DNA from: Actinomycetota bacterium
GTDB taxonomy: Bacteria; Actinomycetota; Geothermincolia; Geothermincolales; RBG-13-55-18
Direction: 5' to 3'
Length of the DNA: 64,000 nt
NCBI GenBank assembly: GCA_040757835.1
Contig: JBFLWJ010000002.1
Span: 127,498 to 191,497 of the forward strand
Made by a program: the position numbers and the translations under genes. Below, in pieces: positions 1-10,223 of this stretch. Every line of letters begins with the position of its first letter. Within the stretch, counting starts at the first letter, position 1. The notes below the pieces were generated by a model. It ran no database searches, was not told where the DNA came from, and saw only the letters and a program-made list of their open reading frames with translations.

Positions 1-36
1 CTTGCGGCGCCAAGACCTGCATGACGTGGCCAGCCC

Positions 37-672
37 TTACAGTAAGTGGAAGAGGCCGTCTCCGACGAAGCGGGCGCCCAGGATGATGAGGAAGGTGCCG
101 CAGGCCAGGATGACGTAGCTGTAGACGCGGTCTGAGAGGAAGCGCTTGCCGGTGACCACCAGGAAGGCCACCAGGAAGTACCACAGCAGGTCGGCCATGA
201 TGTGCCCGGTATAGAAGGCGAGCACCCCGGCCACCCCGCTCTCCATGGAGCGCAGCAGCCAGCTCAGGCCGAAGGTGGCCCACCACAGGAACCAGTAGGG
301 GTTGGAAACGCTGGTGGTGAGCCCGGCCACGAAGGGGCCGGTGCGCTTTCCGCTGTGGGCCTGCAGGTCGAGGTGGAGCCGGTCGTCGCGTACGTCCAGG
401 GCCATGCCCAGCCCCATCCAGACCAGGAAGGCACCCCCGGCCACCCCCACCACCCCGAAGAAGATGTCGTTCCCCACCACCTGGTCCAGTCCCAGCACCA
501 GAAGGACGATGAGCGCCCCCTCCAGGACAGCGTGGCCCGCCACCAGGAGCGGTGCCGCCATGAACCCCCTGCGGTAGGACTCGTTGATGGTCACGGTGAG
601 CAGGGGCCCGGGCATGAGCGCCCCGGACAGCCCCACGCCCAGTGAGACGAAGAAGATACTGATGAGTTCCAT
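37..672 (-). CDS. LysE/RhtB-family amino-acid exporter (membrane protein)
   Basis: 211 aa, about six hydrophobic segments. N-terminal 'MPGPLL' motif and overall pattern are typical of LysE/RhtB translocators. Confidence 0.55.
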   Translation of the reverse strand: MELISIFFVSLGVGLSGALMPGPLLTVTINESYRRGFMAAPLLVAGHAVLEGALIVLLVLGLDQVVGNDIFFGVVGVAGGAFLVWMGLGMALDVRDDRLHLDLQAHSGKRTGPFVAGLTTSVSNPYWFLWWATFGLSWLLRSMESGVAGVLAFYTGHIMADLLWYFLVAFLVVTGKRFLSDRVYSYVILACGTFLIILGARFVGDGLFHLL

Positions 673-675
673 CCA

Positions 676-1638
676 TCACCACCCGTAATGCCGCCGCATG
701 CGCTCCATGCCCGCGTCGATCTCGGCGATGAGGGCCCGCAGCAGCTCCGGGGTGACCGCCGCCACGCACGAGAGCTGCCCCGCCCTTCCCGAGGCCAGCA
801 GGGGATAGGCGTCGAGTGGCTCGCCGAAGGCATCGCTCACCGCCAGCCCCGCCTCCGAGGCGATGAGTCCCGCGGCGGCTAGGTCGTAGGACGAGTTGTT
901 GAGGACGTGCCCGTGCCCGGCGCGCAGGAACAACTCCTCCACCTGCGGGGCCTCCCGGATCATGCGGTCGCCGACGTCCACGTAGGCGTCCAGTTGTCCG
1001 GTGAGCAGGCGGCTTATGCAGTAGGTGGCGCTGCCCAGGTCGAAGATTCCGCCGTCCACGCTGGAGCGGTCCACCAGCTCCTCCAGGACCAGGATGGTGG
1101 GGAGCGCCGGCCTCCCCCGGAATCCCAGGGTCCAGAAGAGGGTGGAGATATCACTGTGGGGGCGGATCATTATCTCTCTCTCCTCCCCGTCAATCGCCAT
1201 GCGGCTGCCCTTGCCACGCTGCGCCTCGAACCAGGCCTCGTTCTTTATCTCCCGCAGCAGCCCGTAGACCACGTCCCCGTGGGTGGGATCAGGGTTGTCG
1301 GTGGGATGGTAGGCGGCCACGGCGATGGACACGCAGCATGCCTCGAGGCCGGCCGCGGCCGGGCGGGTGCCGTCGATGGGGTCCACCACCAGGACCCATT
1401 CCGCATCCTCCGCGCCCACCATCCCCCGGTCCTCGGAGAAGTAGGCCACGCCCGGGGCCTCCGCCAGCCTGCTCTCTACCCTGGCCTCGGCCACCTCGTC
1501 GATGGCGAAGGTGGAATCGCCGCTGGCCCCCCGGCCCTGCATCTCCCGCGCCGACTTCTCGCCGAGATGCGGCCTAACCATCTCGCGCACCTCGCCGCAG
1601 AGGTCGCGGCACAACTCTATGACTTCCTCGAGTCTCAT
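676..1638 (-). CDS. inositol monophosphatase family protein (IMPase/SuhB-like)
   Basis: 'VVDPIDGT' metal-binding motif and 'FSED' region of the IMPase/FBPase fold. Sits next to the PIM-lipid genes. Confidence 0.7.
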   Translation of the reverse strand: MRLEEVIELCRDLCGEVREMVRPHLGEKSAREMQGRGASGDSTFAIDEVAEARVESRLAEAPGVAYFSEDRGMVGAEDAEWVLVVDPIDGTRPAAAGLEACCVSIAVAAYHPTDNPDPTHGDVVYGLLREIKNEAWFEAQRGKGSRMAIDGEEREIMIRPHSDISTLFWTLGFRGRPALPTILVLEELVDRSSVDGGIFDLGSATYCISRLLTGQLDAYVDVGDRMIREAPQVEELFLRAGHGHVLNNSSYDLAAAGLIASEAGLAVSDAFGEPLDAYPLLASGRAGQLSCVAAVTPELLRALIAEIDAGMERMRRHYGW

Positions 1639-2744
1639 CGCCGAACCCTCCCGTATATCTCTATCGCCTGCATGTATGCGGCCTCGACGTCCCCCACCAA
1701 ATTGTCCCAGGAGAACCTCTCAGCCCTCGCCGGCGCTGCCGCGGCCATCCTCTCCCTCGCGGCTGCGTCCTCGATGAGGCCCACCAGCACGCGGGCAAGG
1801 GCTGTATGGTCTCCGGGCGGGAAGAGCGCGCCCTGTACTCCGTCCTCCAGCACCGCGCTGTAGCCTGGGATATCCGAGGCCACCACCGGCAACCCGCAGG
1901 CCATGGCCTCGATGAGCACGATGCCGAAGCTCTCCATGCCCAGCGCCGGAGATATCATGATCCTCGCGGAGCGGTAGGCGGCGGGGACGAGCCTGTCCGG
2001 GAGCCTCCCCAGCCATTCTATTCCCTCGCCCACACGTCCCGGCTGATCCACCCCCACCACCAGCAGGCGTACCTCGGGGTGGGCCTCGCGCACCAGGGGG
2101 AGGGCCCGCAGCAGCACCTCCAGCCCCTTGCGCGGCTCCGCTCTGCCCACGAATACCAGGTAGAACGCGCCCGCCTCCAGGCCCTCGAGCACGGGTCCAG
2201 CGGGGCTGAACAGCGCGGTGTCCACGCCGTTGGGGAGGATGCGGTATTCTCCCGGGAAGTAGCGGGAGACCAGGTCCCGGGCGGCGGGGCTGACCACCGC
2301 TCGCACGTTTACCTTCCGGACAAGCGGTGTGAGCAGGGGCCTGGCCAGGCGATATCCCATCGCCCCCCCTTCCCGTGCCGCATGGAAGGTGGCCAGAACG
2401 GCGCAGCGCGAGAAGAACAACGCTAGCATGGAGACGCTGGGAATGAGGGGCTCGTGCAGGTGGAGTAGGTCGAAGGGCGTGATCCGCAGCATCCTGCTTA
2501 TCCTGGCCGCCGTCCATGGACCGAAGGCGATATTGGCCACGGACTGGTTCGCCGACACCCGCATGGAGCCGCCGGTGGATAAGTATCCCGCTCCGCTCTG
2601 CCCTCCCGGCGCGATCACCGTCACCGCGTGCCCGCGCCCCCGCAGGTGGTCCGAGAGCTGCTCGACGTGGCGGTTGACCCCGCCTGGGAAGTCCCACGAG
2701 TAGGGCGAGACCATGCCGATGTTCAACCTGCTATCGCTGTCCAT
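1635..2744 (-). CDS. pimA: GT4 glycosyltransferase, PimA-like (phosphatidylinositol mannosyltransferase)
   Basis: N-terminus 'IGMVSPYSWDFPGGVNRHVEQL' closely mirrors mycobacterial PimA 'IGMVCPYSFDVPGGVQSHV'. GT4 C-terminal 'E…FG' motif present. Conserved pgsA–acyltransferase–pimA arrangement. Confidence 0.6.
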   Translation of the reverse strand: MDSDSRLNIGMVSPYSWDFPGGVNRHVEQLSDHLRGRGHAVTVIAPGGQSGAGYLSTGGSMRVSANQSVANIAFGPWTAARISRMLRITPFDLLHLHEPLIPSVSMLALFFSRCAVLATFHAAREGGAMGYRLARPLLTPLVRKVNVRAVVSPAARDLVSRYFPGEYRILPNGVDTALFSPAGPVLEGLEAGAFYLVFVGRAEPRKGLEVLLRALPLVREAHPEVRLLVVGVDQPGRVGEGIEWLGRLPDRLVPAAYRSARIMISPALGMESFGIVLIEAMACGLPVVASDIPGYSAVLEDGVQGALFPPGDHTALARVLVGLIEDAAARERMAAAAPARAERFSWDNLVGDVEAAYMQAIEIYGRVRR

Positions 2745-2847
2745 GGCGTAATTCTACACCAGAAGGGGGAAGGTGCCGGCCGCAGCTATCCCGGCTGCCT
2801 GCCGGGGGGGTGAGAACGGCGTGGTCTGGCCATTACCGCCTAGTCCA

Positions 2848-3762
2848 TCACCCTCCCGTTTTCTCACCCCTCTTGAAGATGGGCTGGAACATGTGCCACT
2901 GCGTGGGGTCCTCGCGGATGAAGTCCTCGAACACCCGGGCCAGCTTCTGCGTGTTCACCTGCACGTCGCGCCGGGTATCCCCGGTGACCTCGATATCCAG
3001 CGGCGGCCCCACGTAGCCGTGGTACCTACCGTCCTTGCGTATGGTGAGACAAGGCATCACCGCGGTGCCGAGTTTCACCCCCAGCAGGGCGGGGCCGATG
3101 GGCATGAGGATCTTCTCTCCGAAGAACTCCACCTCCACGCCGCTGCCCGCGATGAGGCGGTCGGAGAGCAGGCAGACCATGCCGTTCGCGAGCAGGACCT
3201 CGATGACCTTCTCCACCGTGTTCTCCGCCAGGGGGATGATGCGGATCTTCATGCGCCGCCGCAGCTCGGTGTGGAACTCGTACATGGGCAGGGGCTTGAG
3301 CACCTCCGCCACCGCCCAGAAGGACGGATAGCGGTGACCCACCCATCCCCCGAGCATGTCCCAGCTGCCGTAGTGCGGCAGCGCCAGGACCACCCCGCGG
3401 CCCTTCTCCAGGGACTTGTCGAACCAGTCCGTGCCGTGGGGCACCACCGGCCCTATGAGGTCTTCCTCGGTCAGGTAATAGCAGCGCAAGAAATCCACCC
3501 AGTAGCGGGCGTAATTATGGAAGCTGCGGCGAGCCAATTCGTGCCATTCCCGCGGGCCCCCTTCGGGGCGAACGCGCCGCATGTTCTCGTAGACGGTCTG
3601 GCGCTTCTGCTTCGAAAGGCGGTAGGCGATCTCCGCGATGCCCACCCCTATGCCGTGGGTGACGCGCACCGGCAGTAACCCCACCAGCGCGCAGGAGCCA
3701 CGGAAAAAGTAATACTTGAGGTATCCAGGGATATCGCTGAGGAAGGTCTCTCTTTCGGGCAT
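2848..3762 (-). CDS. LpxL/HtrB-family lysophospholipid (PIM) acyltransferase
   Basis: HX4D acyltransferase motif 'HYGSWD'. About 300 aa. Lies between the pgsA-like and pimA-like genes as in actinobacterial PIM operons. Confidence 0.6.
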   Translation of the reverse strand: MPERETFLSDIPGYLKYYFFRGSCALVGLLPVRVTHGIGVGIAEIAYRLSKQKRQTVYENMRRVRPEGGPREWHELARRSFHNYARYWVDFLRCYYLTEEDLIGPVVPHGTDWFDKSLEKGRGVVLALPHYGSWDMLGGWVGHRYPSFWAVAEVLKPLPMYEFHTELRRRMKIRIIPLAENTVEKVIEVLLANGMVCLLSDRLIAGSGVEVEFFGEKILMPIGPALLGVKLGTAVMPCLTIRKDGRYHGYVGPPLDIEVTGDTRRDVQVNTQKLARVFEDFIREDPTQWHMFQPIFKRGEKTGG

Positions 3763-3774
3763 GGCCGCTCCCGC

Positions 3775-4500
3775 TCAATCCTCTTTCGCCGCGGCCGAGG
3801 CGTCCTTCTGCGCGGCCCCCCTGTATACGACGATCATACGGTGGGTCAGCGTCTCCACCCCCAGCACCAGCAGGACGTAGAGCGAACTCCTGAACACCCA
3901 GATGTTCTCCGTAAGGCCGTAGATGAACAGGGGTAGGGCGAAGAGTAGCAACCGCAGGGGGCGCGCCAGCAGCCCCACGTTGCAGGCGATGCCCAGGCCT
4001 TCGGCTCGCGCCTTGACGTAGCTGATCAGCGAGGAGAGAACCATGTATCCCGCTACCATGAAGGCCACGTCGTAGACCTCCTGCACGGTGAAGAAGTAGA
4101 GCGTCCCTAGGGAGAAGCAGAAGTCCGCCACGCGGTCTGCGGTGGAGTCGTAGAAGGACCCGTAAGTGGTCACGCGTCCGGTCATCTTGGCCACCTGTCC
4201 GTCCCAGATGTCGAAGAGCCCGGCCAGGAAGAGGATCCAGGGGCCAAGGACGAAACGCCCCACCGCAAAGCAGTAGCCGGCACCGGCGGCCGCGATGATG
4301 GACAGGGTGGTGATGAAGTTGGGGGACATGGTGCGGCCCAGCACCCAACCCAGGGGATGGAAGACGGCGCTGGAGAACCGGCGCAATCCCTCGTTCACGT
4401 TCCACGCTCTCTCCACCGTGCCACCCTCCCTTTCACTGGGTGTTGGCCGCGTTACCGCCCTCCATGCGCCACGCGGGCTCGCTTTTTCGGCCGGTCCCAC
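3775..4500 (-). CDS. pgsA: CDP-alcohol phosphatidyltransferase (phosphatidylinositol-phosphate synthase-like)
   Basis: 'DIWDGQVAK…G…D…DR' CDP-alcohol transferase signature and multi-TM protein. True start may be the internal Met ('MSPNFITTL', near 4330). Confidence 0.6.
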   Translation of the reverse strand: MGPAEKASPRGAWRAVTRPTPSEREGGTVERAWNVNEGLRRFSSAVFHPLGWVLGRTMSPNFITTLSIIAAAGAGYCFAVGRFVLGPWILFLAGLFDIWDGQVAKMTGRVTTYGSFYDSTADRVADFCFSLGTLYFFTVQEVYDVAFMVAGYMVLSSLISYVKARAEGLGIACNVGLLARPLRLLLFALPLFIYGLTENIWVFRSSLYVLLVLGVETLTHRMIVVYRGAAQKDASAAAKED

Positions 4501-4842
4501 TCAGGCCAGCGGACCGTAAAAGACGCTGATGATGGTGCATCCCTCTTCGCCCGTGGTGAAAGGCCCATGCTGAGCCCCCGCGGGGAAGAAGGCGAAGTGG
4601 CCGGCGCGGAAGACCTCGTCCTCGCCGTCCTCTCCGGGTTGCGCAAGCTCGCCCTCCAGCACGTAGGCCGCTTCGTCCGACGATATATGGGTATGCCCCG
4701 GCATCTCGCAATACGCCTCGAAACGCAGGAGCAGGATCTGGCCCCCGCCGCGCGGGTCCATGTACAGGACCTTCATCTGGGCGCGCGGGAAGTCGGCCGG
4801 TACCCATTCCAGGCTGTCCTCGTGCACCACGAACCTGTCCAT
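4501..4842 (-). CDS. cupin-domain protein
   Basis: 113 aa with His-containing cupin motifs ('GHTHISSDEAAYVLEGE', 'PAGAQHG'). Confidence 0.45.
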   Translation of the reverse strand: MDRFVVHEDSLEWVPADFPRAQMKVLYMDPRGGGQILLLRFEAYCEMPGHTHISSDEAAYVLEGELAQPGEDGEDEVFRAGHFAFFPAGAQHGPFTTGEEGCTIISVFYGPLA

Positions 4843-4945
4843 CTCTCTTCACTTCCTTCAACGTCTTGAGCGTTCGATGGTAACGTCTTTCTCCCGCCAA
4901 TATCCGTGACTGATCTGCGCCCGCGGGAACCAACCCTGTCTTTGC

Positions 4946-6670
4946 TCAGGCGCCGCCGTCTGCCTTCCGCAGCGCCACCACCGTCTCCTCCAGGAGAGCG
5001 ATCATCTCGTCCGCGTCTATCCTTCTCTTCTCGCCCGTGGCGCGGAACTGAAGCTCGATGGTGCCGTCATCATCGTAACCCTTGCCGATGACGGCGCGAT
5101 AGGGGAGGCCGATGAGGTCGGCCTCGGCGAACTTGACCCCGGCGCTCTCCTCACGGTCGTCCAGCAGCACCTCGAGGCCGCGTTCCGCGCATCTCTCGTA
5201 GAGGTACTCGGCGGCCGCCCTCCGGTCCTCGCGCTCGTAGTTCAAGGGCAGGATGTGCAGGAGGGCCGGGGCCACCGCCGCGGGCCAGATCATTCCCCGC
5301 TCGTCGTGGTTCTGCTCGATCACCGCTGCCATGAGGCGGGTCACCCCGATGCCGTAGGTGCCCATGACCATGGGTCGTGAGTTCCCCTCCTCGTCGTCGA
5401 AGAAGCAGTGCAGGGGCTGTGAATACTTCAAGCCCAACTGGAAGACCTGGCCGACCTCGATGCCCGCCTCCACCTTCATGGCACCACCGCAGCCGGGGCA
5501 GGCGTCCCCGTCCCTGGCGGTGGTCACGTCCGCGAAGAGCGACACCTCGAAATCGCGTCCCTCGTCTACGTCCGTGAGGTGGTAATCCCTCTCGTTGGCG
5601 CCGCAGGCCATGCCCCCGGCCCCCCGCAGCGCCTCGTCGGCCACGATGCGTGAGACCTCCAGCCCCACGGGGCCCACGAAACCCTGCAGGTACTGCGGGA
5701 ACCTCTGCCAGTCCTCCTCGTTAAAGAGACGGAACTCTCCCGTGCCCAGCGCGCGCTCAAGCTTGACCTCCCCCGCCTCCCGGTCCCCCGGCACCAGCAC
5801 CGCCACCGCCTCGTCATCCACCAGGAACATCAGACACTTGATGAAACGGGCCGGCTCCAGGCCCAGGAAGGAGCTGACCTCGGCAATAGTGCGCTGGCCG
5901 GGGGTGTGCACCTTCTCGGGCGACCTCCCCTTACCCGCGACCGGTGCGGCGCGCCGGTAAGCGGCCAGGGTAACGTTTGCGGCATAGTCGCAGGCCTCGC
6001 AGTAGGCGATATCGTCCTCTCCCACTTCGGCGGGGACCATGAACTCGTGGGAGACGTCGCCTCCGATAAGGCCGGTGTCCGCCTCCACCGCCCGCCAGGC
6101 GCAACCGGCGCGGCTGAAGACGCGCCCGTAGGCGTCGTACATGGCCTGGTAAGAACGGCGCATGCCCTCCTCGTCGCGGTCGAAACTGTACCCGTCCTTC
6201 ATGATGAACTCGCGCCCGCGCAGCAGGCCGAAACGCGGCCTGATCTCGTCCCGGAACTTGTTACCGATCTGGTAGAGATTGAGGGGGAGGTCGCGGTAGG
6301 AGGAGACGTTGGAGCGCACCAGGTCGGTGATGACCTCCTCGGCGGTGGGACCGAGGCCGAAGTCGCGGTCGGCACGGTCCTTGAGGCGCATCATCTCCGG
6401 GCCGTACTTCGCCCAGCGGCCGCTCTCCTCCCACAGCTCGCGGGGCTGTATGATGGGCAGGATGACCTCCTGCGCCCCCGCGGCGTCCATCTCCTCGCGA
6501 ACGATGCGCTCTATCTTGCGCACCACCCGCGCTCCCAGGGGAAGCAGCTCATATATCCCCGATGCCACCCGGCGCAGGAAGCCGGCGCGCACCAGTAGGC
6601 GGTGGCTGGCGACCTCCGCGTCAGCGGGGCTCTCCTTCAGTGTCGGTATGAAGAGCCTGGTCTGCCTCAT
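4946..6670 (-). CDS. proS: prolyl-tRNA synthetase (bacterial type with editing domain)
   Basis: Class II aaRS motifs and ProS N-terminus 'MRQTRLFIPTLKE…'. The track ORF runs to 6754; start trimmed to the ATG immediately after the ispG stop. Confidence 0.9.
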   Translation of the reverse strand: MRQTRLFIPTLKESPADAEVASHRLLVRAGFLRRVASGIYELLPLGARVVRKIERIVREEMDAAGAQEVILPIIQPRELWEESGRWAKYGPEMMRLKDRADRDFGLGPTAEEVITDLVRSNVSSYRDLPLNLYQIGNKFRDEIRPRFGLLRGREFIMKDGYSFDRDEEGMRRSYQAMYDAYGRVFSRAGCAWRAVEADTGLIGGDVSHEFMVPAEVGEDDIAYCEACDYAANVTLAAYRRAAPVAGKGRSPEKVHTPGQRTIAEVSSFLGLEPARFIKCLMFLVDDEAVAVLVPGDREAGEVKLERALGTGEFRLFNEEDWQRFPQYLQGFVGPVGLEVSRIVADEALRGAGGMACGANERDYHLTDVDEGRDFEVSLFADVTTARDGDACPGCGGAMKVEAGIEVGQVFQLGLKYSQPLHCFFDDEEGNSRPMVMGTYGIGVTRLMAAVIEQNHDERGMIWPAAVAPALLHILPLNYEREDRRAAAEYLYERCAERGLEVLLDDREESAGVKFAEADLIGLPYRAVIGKGYDDDGTIELQFRATGEKRRIDADEMIALLEETVVALRKADGGA

Positions 6671-7770
6671 GACCCTTCCTTCTCTCCTTGCTCCGATGCC
6701 ATTTTCTCCACTTCCTCCAGGAGCACCTTCAGGATGTCCCCTTTCGGGTACCATCCCGCCGGCCGTCCGGCGCGGAAGAGCAGGCCGCGGTTCCTGCCCC
6801 CTGCCACCCCCAGGTCGGCCTCGCGTGCTTCGCCCGGCCCGTTTACCGCGCAGCCCATAACCGCGATACGCAGCGGCGCCTTGACGTGGGCCAGCCGCTG
6901 TTCCAGTTCGGTGGCGATGGCCGCCACGTCGATACGCGAGCGGGCACAGGTCGGGCAGGCCACGATGTCCGGGCCGCGGTGCGTCAGCTCCAGCGACTTA
7001 AGTATGGCCAGCCCCGCTCGCACCTCCTCCACCGGGTCGCCAGCAAGGGAGACACGGATGGTGTCGCCGATACCCTCGGCCAGCAGGGCCCCGATGCCCA
7101 CCGCCGAGCGGATGGTGCCGCTCCACTGCGGTCCCGCCTCGCTCACCCCCACGTGCAGGGGGTAGTCCACCGCTTCGGAGAGGAGGCGGTATGCCTCTAT
7201 GGTCAGGGGCACCGAGGAGGCCTTTACGGAGACCTTTATATCATAGAAATCGTGTCTTTCCAGGACCCTTATCTCCTCTAGGGCGCTCTCGACCATGGCT
7301 TCCGCCGTGGGATGGCCATGGCGCTCAAGGATGTCGCGGCGCAGCGAGCCGGCGTTCACCCCCACCCGTATGGGCACGCCGCGCTTCTTGGCCGCCTCCG
7401 CCACCTCCCCCACCTTTTCCTCCCCCCCGATGTTGCCGGGATTGATGCGCAAGCCGGCCACCCCCGCCTCCAGGGCCACCAGGGCCAGGGAATGGTCGAA
7501 GTGTATGTCGGCCACCACCGGCAGCGGGGAACCGGCGACGATGGTGGAGAGGGCGCGCAGGGTGCGCTGCAGCATGTGGTCCTTCTTGAGGTTGGGAACG
7601 GCCACCCGCGCTATCTGGCAGCCGGCCTCGGCCATGTGGTGGATCTGCTCCAGGGTGGCGGCGGCGTCCTCGGTCGAAGTGTTGGTCATGGACTGCACGC
7701 TCACCGGCGCGCCGCCCCCGATGGGGACGTCCCCGATGGTCACGCGGCGGGTCAACTTACGTACCGTCAT
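6667..7770 (-). CDS. ispG: 4-hydroxy-3-methylbut-2-enyl diphosphate synthase
   Basis: Full-length GcpE family match (367 aa) with C-terminal Cys ligands 'CPTCARS…GCAVNG'. Confidence 0.9.
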   Translation of the reverse strand: MTVRKLTRRVTIGDVPIGGGAPVSVQSMTNTSTEDAAATLEQIHHMAEAGCQIARVAVPNLKKDHMLQRTLRALSTIVAGSPLPVVADIHFDHSLALVALEAGVAGLRINPGNIGGEEKVGEVAEAAKKRGVPIRVGVNAGSLRRDILERHGHPTAEAMVESALEEIRVLERHDFYDIKVSVKASSVPLTIEAYRLLSEAVDYPLHVGVSEAGPQWSGTIRSAVGIGALLAEGIGDTIRVSLAGDPVEEVRAGLAILKSLELTHRGPDIVACPTCARSRIDVAAIATELEQRLAHVKAPLRIAVMGCAVNGPGEAREADLGVAGGRNRGLLFRAGRPAGWYPKGDILKVLLEEVEKMASEQGEKEGS

Positions 7771-8903
7771 GGTATGGGGTTGAATAAGTTCATGATGTCC
7801 AGGCGCAGGGTGAGCAGGAACAGGATGCCGAAGAACGCCAGGACCGCCACTGCCACCGGGTAGAGCTTGCGCATGTCAACTTCCCTGCCGGTTATCCTCT
7901 CATACAGCAGCACCGCCAGGTGCCCTCCGTCCAGGGGAGGCAGGGGCAGGAGATTGATGTAGGCCAGGAAGAGGCATACTATCGCCAGGAGATAGAGGAG
8001 GTAGAAGACCCCCGCGTCCAACAGTTGCCCCGCCGAGTAGGTTATGCCCACTACCGTCTGCGGCCTTTCCTGTGTGGGCGGGGACATGCCGAACAACTGC
8101 TTGAAGGTGGACGGGCTGAAGAGCTTGGAGAAGTTCCTGGCCACGTCCGCGGTCGTCTTCAGCCACCACTCCCCCGTCTTGGCGATCGCGCCGAAGAAAG
8201 AGTACTCCTCCATGTAGGGCATGGGAGAAACGCCCAGGTATCCGGTCCCATCGTCCTTCACCGCCAGCACCGCCTGGAGCTCCATCTTCTGGCCGTCCCG
8301 CTCGATGAGGAGGGTCACTTCCTCGCCGGGGTGCTCTTTGATGAACGAAGCGACCTCGTCCCAGTCCGATACCTCCTGCCCGTTCATGGCCAGGATGGTG
8401 TCACCTTCCTGCAGGCCGGCCAGGTAGGCGGGGGTCTCCTGCGTCTCGGTCTCGTCCATGTACTGTCCCACCGAGGACAGGGTCGAGGAGGCCTTTTCCT
8501 CGCTGGGATAGCCGATGAGCCAGATGGCGAAGAACATGATGAGCAGCGCCAGCAGGACGTGGACCAGGGAGCCGGAGAAGATGATCCAGAACCTCTTCAG
8601 GTAGGACACGCCTTTATAGGAGTGGGGGAAGTCCTCGGGGCTGATCTGCTCCTCGGGGTTCATTCCCAGGACCTTCACGTATCCACCCGCCAGGATCCAT
8701 TTTATGCCGAACTCGGTGTCGCCCCGCCTGGTGCTCCAGATGCGCGGCCCGAACCCGATGAAGAACTCGGGACACTTCACTCCGGCCAGTCGGGAGGCAG
8801 TATAATGACCCAGCTCGTGCGTGATGACCAGGAATATCACCACTCCGAGCGCCGAAAAGAAGTAGATAAGGAACACCAGGACCCAGTGTATGACGTCTCC
8901 CAT
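7767..8903 (-). CDS. rseP: RIP metalloprotease RseP (site-2 protease M50 with PDZ domain)
   Basis: 'HELGHY' HExxH in the first TM helix, PDZ segment, and C-terminal 'LLPLPPLDGGH' (LDG) motif. Start set at the Met after the dxr stop. Confidence 0.8.
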   Translation of the reverse strand: MGDVIHWVLVFLIYFFSALGVVIFLVITHELGHYTASRLAGVKCPEFFIGFGPRIWSTRRGDTEFGIKWILAGGYVKVLGMNPEEQISPEDFPHSYKGVSYLKRFWIIFSGSLVHVLLALLIMFFAIWLIGYPSEEKASSTLSSVGQYMDETETQETPAYLAGLQEGDTILAMNGQEVSDWDEVASFIKEHPGEEVTLLIERDGQKMELQAVLAVKDDGTGYLGVSPMPYMEEYSFFGAIAKTGEWWLKTTADVARNFSKLFSPSTFKQLFGMSPPTQERPQTVVGITYSAGQLLDAGVFYLLYLLAIVCLFLAYINLLPLPPLDGGHLAVLLYERITGREVDMRKLYPVAVAVLAFFGILFLLTLRLDIMNLFNPIP

Positions 8904-8904
8904 G

Positions 8905-10074
8905 CTATGCCTCCACCGCTGCCGCTTCAGCCTTCGACCTTGCCCATACCTCGGCCCGCTGCACATCCTCCAGGGTGCGCGCGCCCGCGGGCTCGAAGCC
9001 GTCCAGGGTTTTCTCGATGACCCTCTCGATGCCCATGAAACCTATTCTTCCCGCCAGGAACGCCCCAACCGCCACCTCGTTGGCGGCGTTGAGCACCGCC
9101 GGCGCCAGGCCGCCCTGCCTGCCAGCGCGATACGCCAGGGCAAGGCACCTGAATGTATCGGTGTCTATGGCGCCGAAGCTGAGGCTCTCCACGGAGGCCA
9201 TGTCGGTGCGCTTGAAGGGCGGGCCCCACCTCTCCGGATATGAGAGGGCAAGGGCGATGGGCAACCGCATGTCCGGCACGCTGAGCTGGGCCGAGAGAGA
9301 GCCGTCGCGGAACTCCACCAGGGAGTGGACCACGCTCTGGGGGTGGGCCACCACCTTAATGCGGTCGTAGGGGACCCCGAAGAGGAAGTGGGCCTCGATG
9401 ACCTCCAGCCCCTTGTTCATCAGCGTCGCCGAATCGATGGTTATCTTCCTCCCCATGCTCCAGGTCGGATGGGCCAGGGCGTCGTCCACGCTCACTTGCG
9501 CCAGTTCCCTGCGGCTGCGCCCGAAGAAAGGGCCGCCGGAGGCGGTGAGGACGATGTTCTCCACCTCGGAGATGTTTTCGCCGCGCAGGCAGTGAAAGAC
9601 GGCGCCGTGCTCTGAATCGACGGGAATCAACTCCCCGCCCGCCTGCAACGCCTCCAGCACCAGGTCTCCCCCCGCCACCATGCTCTCCTTGTTGGCCAGG
9701 GCCAGCCGCTTCCCCGCGCCCAGGGCCGCCAAGGTCGGGGGCAGCCCGGCCGACCCAACGATGCCGTTGAGGACAGTGTCGGCCAGGGGGTACGCTGCCG
9801 CCTCCAGCAGGCTCTCCGCGCCAGCGGCCACCTCGATGGCCGTGCCCGCCAGGCGCTCCCTCAGCCGCGCTGCCGCCTCCTCCAGCACTACGCATACCAG
9901 GGCGGGCCGGTACTTGCGGGCCTGCTCCTCCAGGAGTTCGACGTTGGAATGGGCGGTCATGGCCACCACCCGTAAGCGGTCGGGATGGGCGTCAACCACT
10001 TCCAGGGCCTGGGTGCCTATTGATCCCGTCGAGCCCAGGATGGCCAGGCCGCGTGTCTCTATCTTCTTGCTCAT
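8905..10074 (-). CDS. dxr: 1-deoxy-D-xylulose-5-phosphate reductoisomerase
   Basis: N-terminal 'LAILGSTGSIGTQALEV' NADPH-binding motif and full-length DXR similarity. Confidence 0.9.
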   Translation of the reverse strand: MSKKIETRGLAILGSTGSIGTQALEVVDAHPDRLRVVAMTAHSNVELLEEQARKYRPALVCVVLEEAAARLRERLAGTAIEVAAGAESLLEAAAYPLADTVLNGIVGSAGLPPTLAALGAGKRLALANKESMVAGGDLVLEALQAGGELIPVDSEHGAVFHCLRGENISEVENIVLTASGGPFFGRSRRELAQVSVDDALAHPTWSMGRKITIDSATLMNKGLEVIEAHFLFGVPYDRIKVVAHPQSVVHSLVEFRDGSLSAQLSVPDMRLPIALALSYPERWGPPFKRTDMASVESLSFGAIDTDTFRCLALAYRAGRQGGLAPAVLNAANEVAVGAFLAGRIGFMGIERVIEKTLDGFEPAGARTLEDVQRAEVWARSKAEAAAVEA

Positions 10075-10223
10075 AAGGACATTATACGGGTTGTGGCTCC
10101 GCTAGGCGCTAAGGGTGCTCAGGGGATTAATCACATCCTTTGCTTGGTAGATAGTTCACGACCGTTGCAGCACGTTATACCCGCCCGAATCGATATGGCC
10201 ATGTATGACAAGGAGGGTCAGCC

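Noticed and set aside
907-1863. Long plus-strand ORFs antisense to real genes (e.g. 907..1863, 2773..3678, 21874..22818, 26644..28086, 47509..49011, 58765..59664)
   Set aside because: These are GC-rich shadow ORFs: Arg/Pro/Gly-rich, with no recognisable domains, and each fully overlaps a well-supported minus-strand gene.
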